This document shows, in pieces, positions 27,945 to 39,000 of a DNA stretch of 64,000 bases. The position numbers and the translations under genes are program-made. How positions within the stretch are numbered: position 1 is the first letter of the stretch; every line of letters begins with the position of its first letter. Source of the stretch: a virus. Its lineage: Duplodnaviria; Caudoviricetes. The notes below the pieces were generated by a model. The model saw only the letters and a list, made by a program, of their open reading frames with translations. It was not told the DNA's origin and ran no database searches. Location: IMG/VR virus record IMGVR_UViG_3300044695_001846, positions 9,530 through 73,529 of that record; one strand, written 5' to 3'.

Positions 27945-30900
27945 AGTAGCCAAGGGTATTATTGATATTGAGATCAATACGGGCTCTGCTGCCTCTACAC
28001 TGCAAGCATTACAATCACAAATTAATGCTTTTAATCTAGCCCTAAACAAAGCCAATGCTACACAGGGAAAATTTTCTGCAGAGTATACAAAAAAACTTCA
28101 AGATGCAATAAATAAAACTGGTCTTTTTACAGCAGAAACAATAAGACTTCAGACTGCTGCTGCAACTTTAGATAAAACTTTGTCCAAAGGAAAAACTTCT
28201 TTAGGGCAATATTTTAGTGCAAGATTTAATAAAGATGGTGCGATTGCAGCAGAGACAATGGCTCTTGCATCAGAACGTGCAAGAAGACTTCAAACACAAT
28301 TTATAGCCACCTCTAGTGCTGCAAATGGATTTCAAGATGCACTAGCAGTTAGACCACTTGCAGCATTTTCTTCACAAGTAGCGGTTGCAGGACAAAAAGC
28401 AGAAATTATGTCTGCAATGTTCAAGCAAGGAACTACTCAATTAATTAACTTTGGTAAGAATGTCCAATGGGCAGGTCGCCAGCTTATGGTTGGCTTTACA
28501 GTTCCACTTACAATTTTTGGTGCAGTAGCTGGAAAAACTTTTATGGAATTAGAAAAGCAAGCGGTTGCATTTAAAAAAGTATATGGAGATATTTTTACAA
28601 CTCCAGCAGAATTAAATCAAAATTTAGAGGCAGTAAAAGGTCTTGCTTCTGAATATACTAAATATGGTATTGCAGTAAAAGACACAATTGGTCTTGCTGC
28701 TCAAGCTGCTGCTGCTGGTAGAAAAAATGCAGATTTAACTGATGCAGTTTCTCAAGCAACAAGACTTGCAACACTTGGTCAAATGGATCAAAATGCAGCA
28801 CTTGAAACAACAATATCTTTGCAATCTGCATTTAGATTATCAGGACAAGATCTTGCAGATACTATTAACTTTTTAAATATGGTTGAAAACCAAACAGTTG
28901 TTTCCTTGCAAGATATTGCTGCTGCTATTCCTCGTGTAGCACCAGTTATCCAAGGTCTTGGTGGAGACGTAAAGGATCTTACAGTTTTCCTTGCAGCAAT
29001 GCAAGAAGGTGGAGTTGATGCAGCAGAAGGTGCTAACGCATTAAAGTCTGGTCTTGCATCTTTGATTAATCCAACAAGACAAGCAACTGAAATGTTGAGT
29101 GGAATGGGGATAAATCTTCAGTCAATTATTGATTTAAATAAAGGGGATCTTATGGGAACTGTTCAATCTTTTGCACAGGCTTTATCATCTCTTGATCAAT
29201 TCTCAAGACAACAAGCTCTTGAACAAGTGTTTGGAAAATTTCAATATGCAAAACTTGGAGCACTGTTTGATAATATTTCTAGAAAAGGATCTCAGGCTCA
29301 ACAAGTAATTGCAACATTAGGATATAGTACAGAACAACTTGCTTCAACTGCAGATAAAGAATTAAAAACCATTGAAGAATCTTTTGGTGTGCAATTAACA
29401 GGTGCAATGGAAAGATTTAAGTTGGCAATTGCCCCCATTGGAGAAATATTTGTTAAATTAGCTATACCACTTGTTAATTTTGCTACATCCATTGCAGAAG
29501 CTTTTAATGGATTGTCAGATGGTCAAAAGAAGTTTGCTGCTATTGGTGCAGTTGTAATTGGTGTTGTTGTTCCAGCAGTCACAATGCTTACTGGTTTATT
29601 CTTAAACCTTGTTGGAACCCTTGCAAAAATGACACAAGGTATAACTTTATTTGGAATGGGATTTATAAAGGGTGGTCCACTAGGTGCAGTTAAAGCACTT
29701 ACACAAAGTTCAAAATATTTAAGTCTTGCAGAGATGGATGCAGCGATGGCTGCTCAACAACTTGCTGGTGCTAACCAAGCATTAAATGCAACTTTGGTTG
29801 AGCAGGTTGGAAGCTCTAATGCTGCTGCTGCTGCAATTGGAAATTTAACAAAAGCATATTCTGCAATGATTGCTACTCAAGGTGCTGCAGCAGCAAGATT
29901 CCCAGAACACTTTGGTATAGCTGGAGCAGCTGGAACAAGAGCAAAAGTTAGCCAGGTAGCAATGAGAGGAGTTCAAAGAAGAAATTCTGGTGGACCAATC
30001 TTTATGTCAAATGGCACAACTGTCCCAGGAACTGGAAATACTGATACAGTTCCAGCCATGCTTACTCCAGGGGAATTTGTAGTAAATAAAAAAGCCACTA
30101 AAAATAATCTTGGACTATTGCATTCTATTAATGATAGCAAGAGTCCTCAAGGATTAAATGCTGGTGGAAAAGCAAAAGGAATGCAATATTTTGCTAAAGA
30201 CAATCCCCCTATAGTTTTAGATGCAGATTTATCTGATGCAGACATAGCTGGTCTTAACCAATTTCCTATTGATGATGATACTCCAGCAAAGCAAAGAAGA
30301 AGAAGAGATACCCAAGTTGCTCAACGAGCTCAACCTGCAGATGTAAAATACTCTTCTGAAATTCCTAGAAACTTATTAACAAGATTTCCTGGGTCAGGTC
30401 CTATAAAGCCAATAGATTTTCAAACATATTCATTTTTACACATGCAAAGAAATGTTGTAAATTCTGAAGGAAGTGCTAAACTTTCTGGTCCAAGATACAT
30501 GGACATGGCACTAAGAGGATCAAATCTTACACCAACTCAAGAAGCTAATGCCTTTGTAGATAGGCTAACTGGCTACAAAGGTGCTAGAATGGTTGGAAAT
30601 ATTGGATTTAAGGCTTCCTCATATTTAAATGCTGGAATTCATCCAATACAAGATTTAATTGATGATTTAAATTACCGAATTCTTTATGGAGAAAACCCCT
30701 ACGAAGGAACAATGAAAGCTGCAGGTTTATCTGGATTAGAATTAGAAACAGCAAAAAGTAAGGTTCATTCTCAAGTTGTTGGAAAGTTAAGGGCTATGCA
30801 ATATGCTGGACAGGTTAACTTTAATGCAAGTGACAGTAGGCAAATGTCTGGCGTATATAAGGTGATGGAAAAAGCTGTAGAAAAGTCCTTAAGAATTTCT

Positions 30901-33900
30901 GGAGTAGGAACACAAGGAATCCAAGACCTATATTTTGGAGGAGAAAAAAATGTTCCAGATTTTAAATTTAGACCAGGAATAAATAAGGATGCAATAAGAA
31001 AACTTCCACCAAGTCCAGACTATGAGTTTATTCTACCAGATAGTCCAGAAGGCATTAAGCTGGGTCTTAGAACTAAAGATATTATTCTTAAAAGACCTGG
31101 ATTTGATGATGTTATGTTAAGAGCAGGAGGGTCTAATCAGCACAAAAATATTAATTCGCAATTGCTAAGAGAAGCATTTACCGCTCTTGCAACTAGAGGA
31201 AGATCTTTAAGAATGAACTCTGGTGGACAAGTTCCAGGTATGCAATATTTTGCTGCCAATAATAGACAAAGAGTAGTTCAAGAAGCATACAAGGCAGCTT
31301 CAGGTATTAGAAGAAGAGTAAGACCTGGAAGAGATCAAAGATTTAGTCAACAGGCTGTATTAAAAGATTATGTTCATGATGCAAATTTTATAAGAAATAG
31401 CAAAGACCCCGAAGATATGAATACCCTTTTGGGAATGATGAAGCCTCTTACTCAAAAAACTAGGGCAACTAGAGGAACTGTTTTAGGATCAACAAATAAT
31501 CCAGAACTACCATATGCACAACAAAAAAGAATTGTTGCTGCAATTAAAGAAGGAAGATATGAAGACCTATTTGGAATGAAATTAAATTTCAAAGGTCCAG
31601 GATCATATACTACTAGAAGAGAAACAGATTTTTCACCATTTATTGGAGACCTTAGCAATCCAACCTTAAAAGCGTTTTCAAATGGCTTTATGACATTAAA
31701 AGATCAAAAAGAAGAAATTGCTAAATTAAGAAAAATAATGAGATCAGGAAAGTTTAAAAAACTTACTCCTGGAACTGCAGAATATGCAAGAGCACTTGGA
31801 ATGACTGGTTTATGGAGTCCTGCTCGTTCTTGGAGACCTGGACCCAATCCTACTATTGGTAGTGACTGGACTGTTGAACAAGTTCTTGCAAATAAATTAA
31901 GAGACTATAATAATCGTAAAAAAGGTTTAAAGAAAGCTTTTCCAGATAAAAAAATTCAACAATTATTAATTGATGAAATGGTTGGATCTGGAACACTAGC
32001 TATTGATGTACCAAAAGCTTTTTACAAGCATCCTAGATTACCTTATAGAGGAGATCATATAGAAAACCTTGTTAAAAAAGAAAATGAGATCCTTCTTGGA
32101 AATAGAACATCTCAAATAACTGGGGTAGCAACTGATTTAAGAACAAGGCTACCATCTTTAATTACTCAATCTTTTAATAGAGGAAATATTGTTCCTGGAA
32201 CTGGCAATACAGATACCGTACCAGCAATGCTTACCCCTGGTGAATTTGTTGTAAATAAAGAATCAACAAAAAAGAACTATGACTTGTTAACTGCTATTAA
32301 TAATTCTCAAAAATTAAACAAGGGTGGAATGGCTTATAGTGGTTCTAGAGAAGCTCCACCAAGCTTAGCAATGAATCGTGGAGGAGCTGTTCAATATTTT
32401 GGAATTGGAGGAATGGTTGGAGGTCTTGCTCCAATGGCAGCTAATATTGGGGTTGGAACTGCCGCTTATATGGGTGCAGAAAAAGCTGGAATGGGAATGG
32501 GAACATCTCTTGTAGCAAGTCTAGGAGCAGGAATGTTGGCTCAAAAAGCTGTAACTGCATCCTTGTTAAAGTTTAGAGGAGAAACCTTAAAAGCTGTAGA
32601 TTCTACTGGAAAAGTTGGAAAAGGATTTGCACAACTATTTCCTCAACTATCCAAACTAAGTCCAAGTATTTTAAGATTTGCTGCACCTATGGCAGGTGCA
32701 GGTGCTATTTTAGCAGTAGTTGGATTTACCTTGTATAAATTAAATAAAAGTTTATTAAATGCAGAAAAGTCTGGTGCAGCTCTTTCTGATGCTATGTACG
32801 GATCTGCAAAAACAACGCAAGCAATGGCTGATGCATTTGGCAGAGAAACTTTTGCAACTGCTGCAAGAAGAAAATTAGCAGAAAAATCTGGAGGGCAAGA
32901 AATAACTCAAGAAGCAGTAGCAGCTTCTGGAGAGTTTATGAAAAGCGATTCAGCAAAACAGCTTATAAAAGATTTAGAGCTTGTTAAAAAATCTGGCGAA
33001 GATGTAACCCTAGCATTAAGAAATCAGCTAGCTTCTTCAATTATTTCAGGTGTAATAAGTCCAGAAGAAGCTAGAGCAATTGCTTTAGATATTGGAAAAG
33101 AACTTGGTGATCAAAATCTTGGAATTAAACTTTCAGGAGAACTTTCCTCATTAATAGGTGTAAATGGAGAAAGAATAACGGATAACATAATAGACATTGT
33201 GGCTGAAATAAGTCCAAAGGTTGATGGTGCAAAAATTACAAGGGATGCTCAATCGGCTTTTGATAAATTAAATCCACCACAAAAATTTGTTCAATTTTTT
33301 AAAGGTGGGCAATCAGCTTTTGTTAAAGATTTTTCAATAGAAGAAATTAGTGCAAGAAATATTGCAGCCCTTACAAAAGAAGCAGAAGCTAGACAGTTAT
33401 TAAATCTTGCGTATCAAGAAGGTTCTGTAACTCTTAAAGAATACTTAGACCAATCTGGAAAAATTACAGGACTTGCAGAAGGAAGATCTAAATTTGTGCA
33501 AGATGCAAATGCAAAAGCCTTAGGATATAAAACTGTTGATGAAATGGTTACAAGCTATCAGACTGCTGCAACTGAACTTGCTAATACAGACAATATGACT
33601 CCTGGAGAACTAGCAGCAATTGAAGGGCAAGGGGCTAATCCAAATGATAGAATAGTTGCAATTCCAGATGCAGCTCAATATCAACAGTATTTGACTGGAG
33701 CAAAAGCTGCATTTACTGAACAACTTACAACGAGTGGGTTTAGTGCAGAAGCAGCTAAGGCTATGGTTGGTGGAATAGAGTCAAACCTTTCAGCAATTGA
33801 CACAGGAATATTTGATAAATTTATTTCTGGACAAATTCCTCTTGAAGGATATGATATTTTGGTAAATCTTTCTAAGACTGGAAACCTTACAGAAGAAGAT

Positions 33901-35508
33901 ATTGATAGACTTGGAACAGAGCTTACTGCCTTAAGTACAATACCAAATATTGACAAGATAGTTGGTCTAGACATGGTTAATGAAAGTTCTATTACAGAGC
34001 TATACAATGACTATGTTGCCTTAGAAGAAAAACCAGATCTTTATAAAGGTGTAAGCATTGTTGATCAATTTTCAGATACAATGAATAAGTTTGCAATAGA
34101 ATGGGCATGGCTACAAAGTTTGCCAATTGAAGAAAAAATTATTGTGTTAAGAAATATTGCAACTTATGAAACAGCAGTACTTTCTAATGCAGCAGGTTCA
34201 GATGCACATTCAAGAGAACTTGTAGCTGCTACAAGCACAGTTTTAACTACAGCTAAAAAAGATTTTGGAAAAGATAAACCAGTTGTAGATAAACCAAAGG
34301 GTGGTAAGGATGGAGAAGAAGACAAGCTTAAGAGATTAAAAGATATGCTTATGGAAAGATTTAGACTTCAAGAAATGCTTATTGATAAAGAAGCAGAAGG
34401 ATTTAACAAAAGAATTAAAGATATTTCTAGAGAAATTCAATTGCAACAAAGACAAATAGCTTTAGAAGAAAAGCAAATTGAAGTAAGACAAAAAGCTTTA
34501 GAAGAACTTTCTAAAAAAGAAGATGAAGTAAATACTGTATATGATAATAGAATATCTGCACTAGATAGAGTGTCTGCATCAAATTCAAGATTGGCAGGTC
34601 AAGAACAATCTAGAATAACTCTTGCATCCGCACTAGCTTCTGGTGACATTGCTGGAGCTGCATCTGCCATGTCTGACATAACTCAGCAATCTGCAGAAAG
34701 TCAGATAGAAGATACCAAGACTGCTTTGGAACTCCAAAGACAAGAAGCATTAAAGAATTTAACAGTTGATGTAAATGGTACTTTAATGACAAGAAAAGGT
34801 ATTGAAGCAAGCATAGAAACAATTCAAAAAAGTATAGAAATAATTCAAACTAGCATTTATAATAAGAATCTTGAAATGCAAACATTAGAAGACGCATTAT
34901 ACGAAAATGAAAAGAAGAGATTAAAGGTAGCTGAAGATCGTGAAAAGGTGGAAACAAGAATCTACCTTCTAGAACAAAAGAAAGCTTATGATGAACTTAA
35001 TAAGAAAAAGAACAAAACCAAGCTTAATGCAGCAGAAAAAGCAGCACTTGATGAATATAAAACATCATACAATGCCATGGCAACCATTTATAACCAACAG
35101 AATCCATCTACCCCTGTACAGTTGTTAAACCTTGGTGGGCAGGTTGCTGGAATTGGAATGAGAGATACTGTCCCAGCCATGCTCACTCCTGGTGAATTTG
35201 TTATTAACAAGAATGCTGCAAAAACTTTCTTGCCTATGCTAGAGTCTATTAATTCTGGAGTGTTCCCATCAATTGGAGGAATGAATCTAGGATCTCCAAG
35301 ATACGATGTTCCTGCTAACAATATTACCAATGTTCCAGTTTCTCAGTCAATTACTAATTCATCAAATGCTTCTACCATGTATAATAATAGTTACAGTATA
35401 AATGTAAATGTATCTGGAAGTAGCTCTTCTGCAGATGAAATTGCAAACGTTGTTATGGGTAAGATTGCAAGATCTAACTCAGGAAGTATTAGAGGAAGTA
35501 GATATTAA
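27937..35508 (+). CDS. Tape measure protein with internal cargo domains
   Basis: 2523 aa, Ala/Gly-rich helical; minor-tail core near 28600-29250; three DTVPAMLTPGEFV repeats; follows the chaperone genes. Confidence 0.92.
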   Translation: MAEVAKGIIDIEINTGSAASTLQALQSQINAFNLALNKANATQGKFSAEYTKKLQDAINKTGLFTAETIRLQTAAATLDKTLSKGKTSLGQYFSARFNKDGAIAAETMALASERARRLQTQFIATSSAANGFQDALAVRPLAAFSSQVAVAGQKAEIMSAMFKQGTTQLINFGKNVQWAGRQLMVGFTVPLTIFGAVAGKTFMELEKQAVAFKKVYGDIFTTPAELNQNLEAVKGLASEYTKYGIAVKDTIGLAAQAAAAGRKNADLTDAVSQATRLATLGQMDQNAALETTISLQSAFRLSGQDLADTINFLNMVENQTVVSLQDIAAAIPRVAPVIQGLGGDVKDLTVFLAAMQEGGVDAAEGANALKSGLASLINPTRQATEMLSGMGINLQSIIDLNKGDLMGTVQSFAQALSSLDQFSRQQALEQVFGKFQYAKLGALFDNISRKGSQAQQVIATLGYSTEQLASTADKELKTIEESFGVQLTGAMERFKLAIAPIGEIFVKLAIPLVNFATSIAEAFNGLSDGQKKFAAIGAVVIGVVVPAVTMLTGLFLNLVGTLAKMTQGITLFGMGFIKGGPLGAVKALTQSSKYLSLAEMDAAMAAQQLAGANQALNATLVEQVGSSNAAAAAIGNLTKAYSAMIATQGAAAARFPEHFGIAGAAGTRAKVSQVAMRGVQRRNSGGPIFMSNGTTVPGTGNTDTVPAMLTPGEFVVNKKATKNNLGLLHSINDSKSPQGLNAGGKAKGMQYFAKDNPPIVLDADLSDADIAGLNQFPIDDDTPAKQRRRRDTQVAQRAQPADVKYSSEIPRNLLTRFPGSGPIKPIDFQTYSFLHMQRNVVNSEGSAKLSGPRYMDMALRGSNLTPTQEANAFVDRLTGYKGARMVGNIGFKASSYLNAGIHPIQDLIDDLNYRILYGENPYEGTMKAAGLSGLELETAKSKVHSQVVGKLRAMQYAGQVNFNASDSRQMSGVYKVMEKAVEKSLRISGVGTQGIQDLYFGGEKNVPDFKFRPGINKDAIRKLPPSPDYEFILPDSPEGIKLGLRTKDIILKRPGFDDVMLRAGGSNQHKNINSQLLREAFTALATRGRSLRMNSGGQVPGMQYFAANNRQRVVQEAYKAASGIRRRVRPGRDQRFSQQAVLKDYVHDANFIRNSKDPEDMNTLLGMMKPLTQKTRATRGTVLGSTNNPELPYAQQKRIVAAIKEGRYEDLFGMKLNFKGPGSYTTRRETDFSPFIGDLSNPTLKAFSNGFMTLKDQKEEIAKLRKIMRSGKFKKLTPGTAEYARALGMTGLWSPARSWRPGPNPTIGSDWTVEQVLANKLRDYNNRKKGLKKAFPDKKIQQLLIDEMVGSGTLAIDVPKAFYKHPRLPYRGDHIENLVKKENEILLGNRTSQITGVATDLRTRLPSLITQSFNRGNIVPGTGNTDTVPAMLTPGEFVVNKESTKKNYDLLTAINNSQKLNKGGMAYSGSREAPPSLAMNRGGAVQYFGIGGMVGGLAPMAANIGVGTAAYMGAEKAGMGMGTSLVASLGAGMLAQKAVTASLLKFRGETLKAVDSTGKVGKGFAQLFPQLSKLSPSILRFAAPMAGAGAILAVVGFTLYKLNKSLLNAEKSGAALSDAMYGSAKTTQAMADAFGRETFATAARRKLAEKSGGQEITQEAVAASGEFMKSDSAKQLIKDLELVKKSGEDVTLALRNQLASSIISGVISPEEARAIALDIGKELGDQNLGIKLSGELSSLIGVNGERITDNIIDIVAEISPKVDGAKITRDAQSAFDKLNPPQKFVQFFKGGQSAFVKDFSIEEISARNIAALTKEAEARQLLNLAYQEGSVTLKEYLDQSGKITGLAEGRSKFVQDANAKALGYKTVDEMVTSYQTAATELANTDNMTPGELAAIEGQGANPNDRIVAIPDAAQYQQYLTGAKAAFTEQLTTSGFSAEAAKAMVGGIESNLSAIDTGIFDKFISGQIPLEGYDILVNLSKTGNLTEEDIDRLGTELTALSTIPNIDKIVGLDMVNESSITELYNDYVALEEKPDLYKGVSIVDQFSDTMNKFAIEWAWLQSLPIEEKIIVLRNIATYETAVLSNAAGSDAHSRELVAATSTVLTTAKKDFGKDKPVVDKPKGGKDGEEDKLKRLKDMLMERFRLQEMLIDKEAEGFNKRIKDISREIQLQQRQIALEEKQIEVRQKALEELSKKEDEVNTVYDNRISALDRVSASNSRLAGQEQSRITLASALASGDIAGAASAMSDITQQSAESQIEDTKTALELQRQEALKNLTVDVNGTLMTRKGIEASIETIQKSIEIIQTSIYNKNLEMQTLEDALYENEKKRLKVAEDREKVETRIYLLEQKKAYDELNKKKNKTKLNAAEKAALDEYKTSYNAMATIYNQQNPSTPVQLLNLGGQVAGIGMRDTVPAMLTPGEFVINKNAAKTFLPMLESINSGVFPSIGGMNLGSPRYDVPANNITNVPVSQSITNSSNASTMYNNSYSINVNVSGSSSSADEIANVVMGKIARSNSGSIRGSRY
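30022..35210 (+). repeat. Three dispersed copies of the G-x-G-x-x-DTVPAMLTPGEFV(V/I)NK motif in the tape measure gene
   Basis: Copies near 30022-30090, 32191-32260 and 35143-35211. Confidence 0.9.
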
Positions 35509-36095
35509 TGGTAAGTAGTGCATATTTAAATTCTAGAAAGAAATGGGATAGACCACAGGCAATAATTTGGTCAAATAATTCAGCTGGAATTATAAATGGA
35601 GTTCCTCAAATTACTGGTTCTGAAGGAGAAGACTTTTTAATCCTTTCTGACCATAATAGATCTGCTGTTGATTTTTCTATAGATAGAATTGAAAATAGAA
35701 AAAGAATGGTAAATGGTCATATGCGTTCTTATCATATTGCAGATAAATTAAGAGTGTCAACAAACTGGAATCTTTTGCCATCTAGAGCATTTAATAAAGA
35801 CCCAGATTTTTCCGTAAATGGAAATCCTGTTGCTACATCCCTGGTTGAGTATACTGCTGATGGTGGTGCAGGTGGATCAGACTTGTTAAACTGGTATAAC
35901 AGCAATCCTGGATCATTCTATATGTTTATATCATATGACAAAAATTCAAAATTAAATGATGTACCTTATCAAAATTTAGCAACATATTCAGAAGTTCTTG
36001 AAGTTTATTTCTCATCATTTACTTACAACGTTGTAAAAAGAGGCGCAACTAATCACGACCTTTGGGATATTTCTATATCACTTGAGGAAGTATAA
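35508..36095 (+). CDS. Distal tail (Dit-like) protein
   Basis: Directly after the tape measure gene; RMVNGHMRSY, WDISISLEEV. Confidence 0.65.
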   Translation: MVSSAYLNSRKKWDRPQAIIWSNNSAGIINGVPQITGSEGEDFLILSDHNRSAVDFSIDRIENRKRMVNGHMRSYHIADKLRVSTNWNLLPSRAFNKDPDFSVNGNPVATSLVEYTADGGAGGSDLLNWYNSNPGSFYMFISYDKNSKLNDVPYQNLATYSEVLEVYFSSFTYNVVKRGATNHDLWDISISLEEV

Positions 36096-39000
36096 TGTTT
36101 TTTGATAATGATTTAATTACTCATCTTAAGACTAACAACTCTCTTCAAGTTGATTCCTTGATTATTGCTGAATGGAATCAGAATGATTTATCAAATATTG
36201 AAAATTATGGAAACTATAGATGGAGACCATCAAGTGCAAGTGTGGATGTTTTTAGAAATTTAGCACCATCGTATGATCCAAATGATGATGGAAATTTTTA
36301 TACTGGAGCCTTGGAGTCTAAGTATATTTCTGAATATAGAGTAGATAGTGGAAGTCCACTAACTTTTTTAACAGATCAAGAAGAGATGCAGCTATTTTAT
36401 TCTCTTAAAGATTGCTTTAAACCATTTAGACCAAGATCTGGAATTAACAAAATGTTATTTTTTGGAGACCTAGATGAAGAAAAAAATAAACATGTTGACA
36501 GTATCAGATCTGGAAGAAGACCAAGGTATTATTTTTGTTCAAAAAATGATCAATTTAAGTATTGGACATCTTATAGAAAAGATAGTGGCGTAGAAGTTGG
36601 AGTTTCTTCTGTAATTGCAAGAGGTCTTAATTCAAGTTTTGGATATGAAATAACAGATTCAGCACCCTTTGTTGTTTACAAAGAGCAAGTTGCTGCAAAT
36701 AGAATTGTTGTAAAAATGCAAACTAACTTAGCAGATGATCTAGTTCTTGGAGTTGATGGAGAGCCAGTTGTTTCTTCAGTAATAAGAAGAGAAAATCTTA
36801 TAACTAATGATGAACTTTCTGACAGATCTAAGTCTAGCATTCCTAAAAAATGGAAAATTCAATATCTTGATTCGGAAAATAATTGGCTAAATGCCATATC
36901 TTTTGATGAAAACTCTCTTAGATCAGATGGTTCTGATATTGTTCCTTGGGATGGCTATGTTGAAATATCTTATGGAGTAAAAATACCACAAGAATATAGA
37001 GAAAACTTTCATTTTATAGACTACATAAGCTCTTCTGTGCAATTACCAGCAAACACAATTAATGGAGAAGCGTATATTTTATTAGAAAATGATTTAGATC
37101 CTGGAGTTTTATGGGTTTGGAATACAGTCTTAAATGATTGGGAAACTTCAAATGTAGAATATGGTTTTTCATTATTAGAAAATGATGATACAAAAAGAAC
37201 TGGAATTATAACAAGCCTAGTTGATCCCAAATATTTTCTTAGAAATGAAATTCCAACCTATAGAGATATTGTATTTTTGAAGGGATTAAGAGTTGTTGTT
37301 GAAACAATGGTGTCTCCAAATAGAACATTTGATTTAATAGAAATGTCACCAAGACTAAAAGCCGATGTATCTAAATATGTAATAGATTTTGAAATAAACA
37401 AAGACATTGCTGCAACAGATTATGGACTTCCAGTAGGAGCATTGGTAGCATCAACTGGTCAAATAAACTTATCAAATCATGACGGTGCTTTTACCAGATT
37501 AAATGTTTTTAACCAAGATGAAAAAACTGGAAGTATTATTTCTGGAAATTTAAGACCACAAACAAAGTTTGATTTTTATGAAACAGTTTTAAATGTACAG
37601 GGGTATGATAAGTTTATTCCTTTAAAAACTTTCTATTCAGAAAATTCTGCAGAAAGCTATGGTGGTTTTTCAGACGTATCCTTAACACTAAGAGATGCCT
37701 TTTTTAGATTTGAATCAGAAATGGCAACACCAATATTTTTACAAAACTGCACACTTACAATGGCTGTTGCAGTACTACTAGACAACATTGGTTTTGGAAA
37801 TTATATATTTAAAAATATAACTACTGCAAACGATCCAGTAATTCCATTCTTCTTTGTAGAGCCAGACATATCAGTTGCAGAAGTTTTGCAAAGACTTGCC
37901 CAGTCTACACAAACAGCAATGTTTTTTGATGAGTACAATAATTTTTGTATGATGCCAAAAGAATATTTAATACCTGATTATTCTATTAGTGATAGCAATA
38001 CCTCAATATCAGAAAGATTAGTTAATCTTTATGGGCAAAAAGAAGTTGGATCAGTTCCAAATATTGAATTTATTGCAGGGGTAGATTCAAAAATTATTAA
38101 TGATGGTCAAATTAACTATACAACAAGATACATTCAAAGAGATGTTCCAAACTTAGAACAGGCACAAATAAATCCTAATGATAGAACTTATTCCTATAAA
38201 TCTGCAGTGCTTTGGGAACTGGGAGATCAAGACGAGGCAAGAACTATTAATCAGCCTATAGGTAAAAATGGTTATAGTTTAGGTGCTGTAACTTTAAATG
38301 CAGAACTTTCTTCTACAGTTCCATTTGTAGAAAATCATCAAATACAGGAAAACATAATTGACGTTGGAGAAAGTGGATACCTTCTTCCAAGATTCCAAGG
38401 TTATCTATATGCTAACGGCGAAATTATAAGATATGATGCTCAAGAATATCAAGTTACTGGTGTTGGAACTGTTTGGATTACAAATAATAATGAATACCAA
38501 AAATATTTTTCAAAACTTGCTTTTAACGGAAAAATGATTGTTACTGGAAAATTAAGAATTTATACTGAGCCATTTTACCAAGAATCTCCAGGAGCCAGCC
38601 AAGACGGATTAGAGGCTGGAGTTGTTTACAAGAATGGAGCAGTTAGCTCTCACGGTAGGGGGCAGTTTGGAACTTCTGTAACTAGCCACTTCCATGAGTT
38701 AAATCCTTATTGGGCAAGTTCTAAGCAAGCTTTTAGAATGAATTCAAGTTTATTATTTAGTACAACCCCTACAGAATCAATTAAGTATCCCCCATTGTTG
38801 ACAACAACTGCAGGAACCAGGAGTGACGATAGTGCAAAAGGTAACGCTGTAGTTTCTGGAAAAATTGCAAGTCTACTTAGAAGAACTGTTAGAGCAGAAA
38901 ATAACTCTTCTACAGTAGATCAGCTAGAGGCAGGAACGGTACAATCTTCAGCACTTATCCTTTCAGGTTCAAAAACTTCTTCTCAAGCATCTATACCAAG

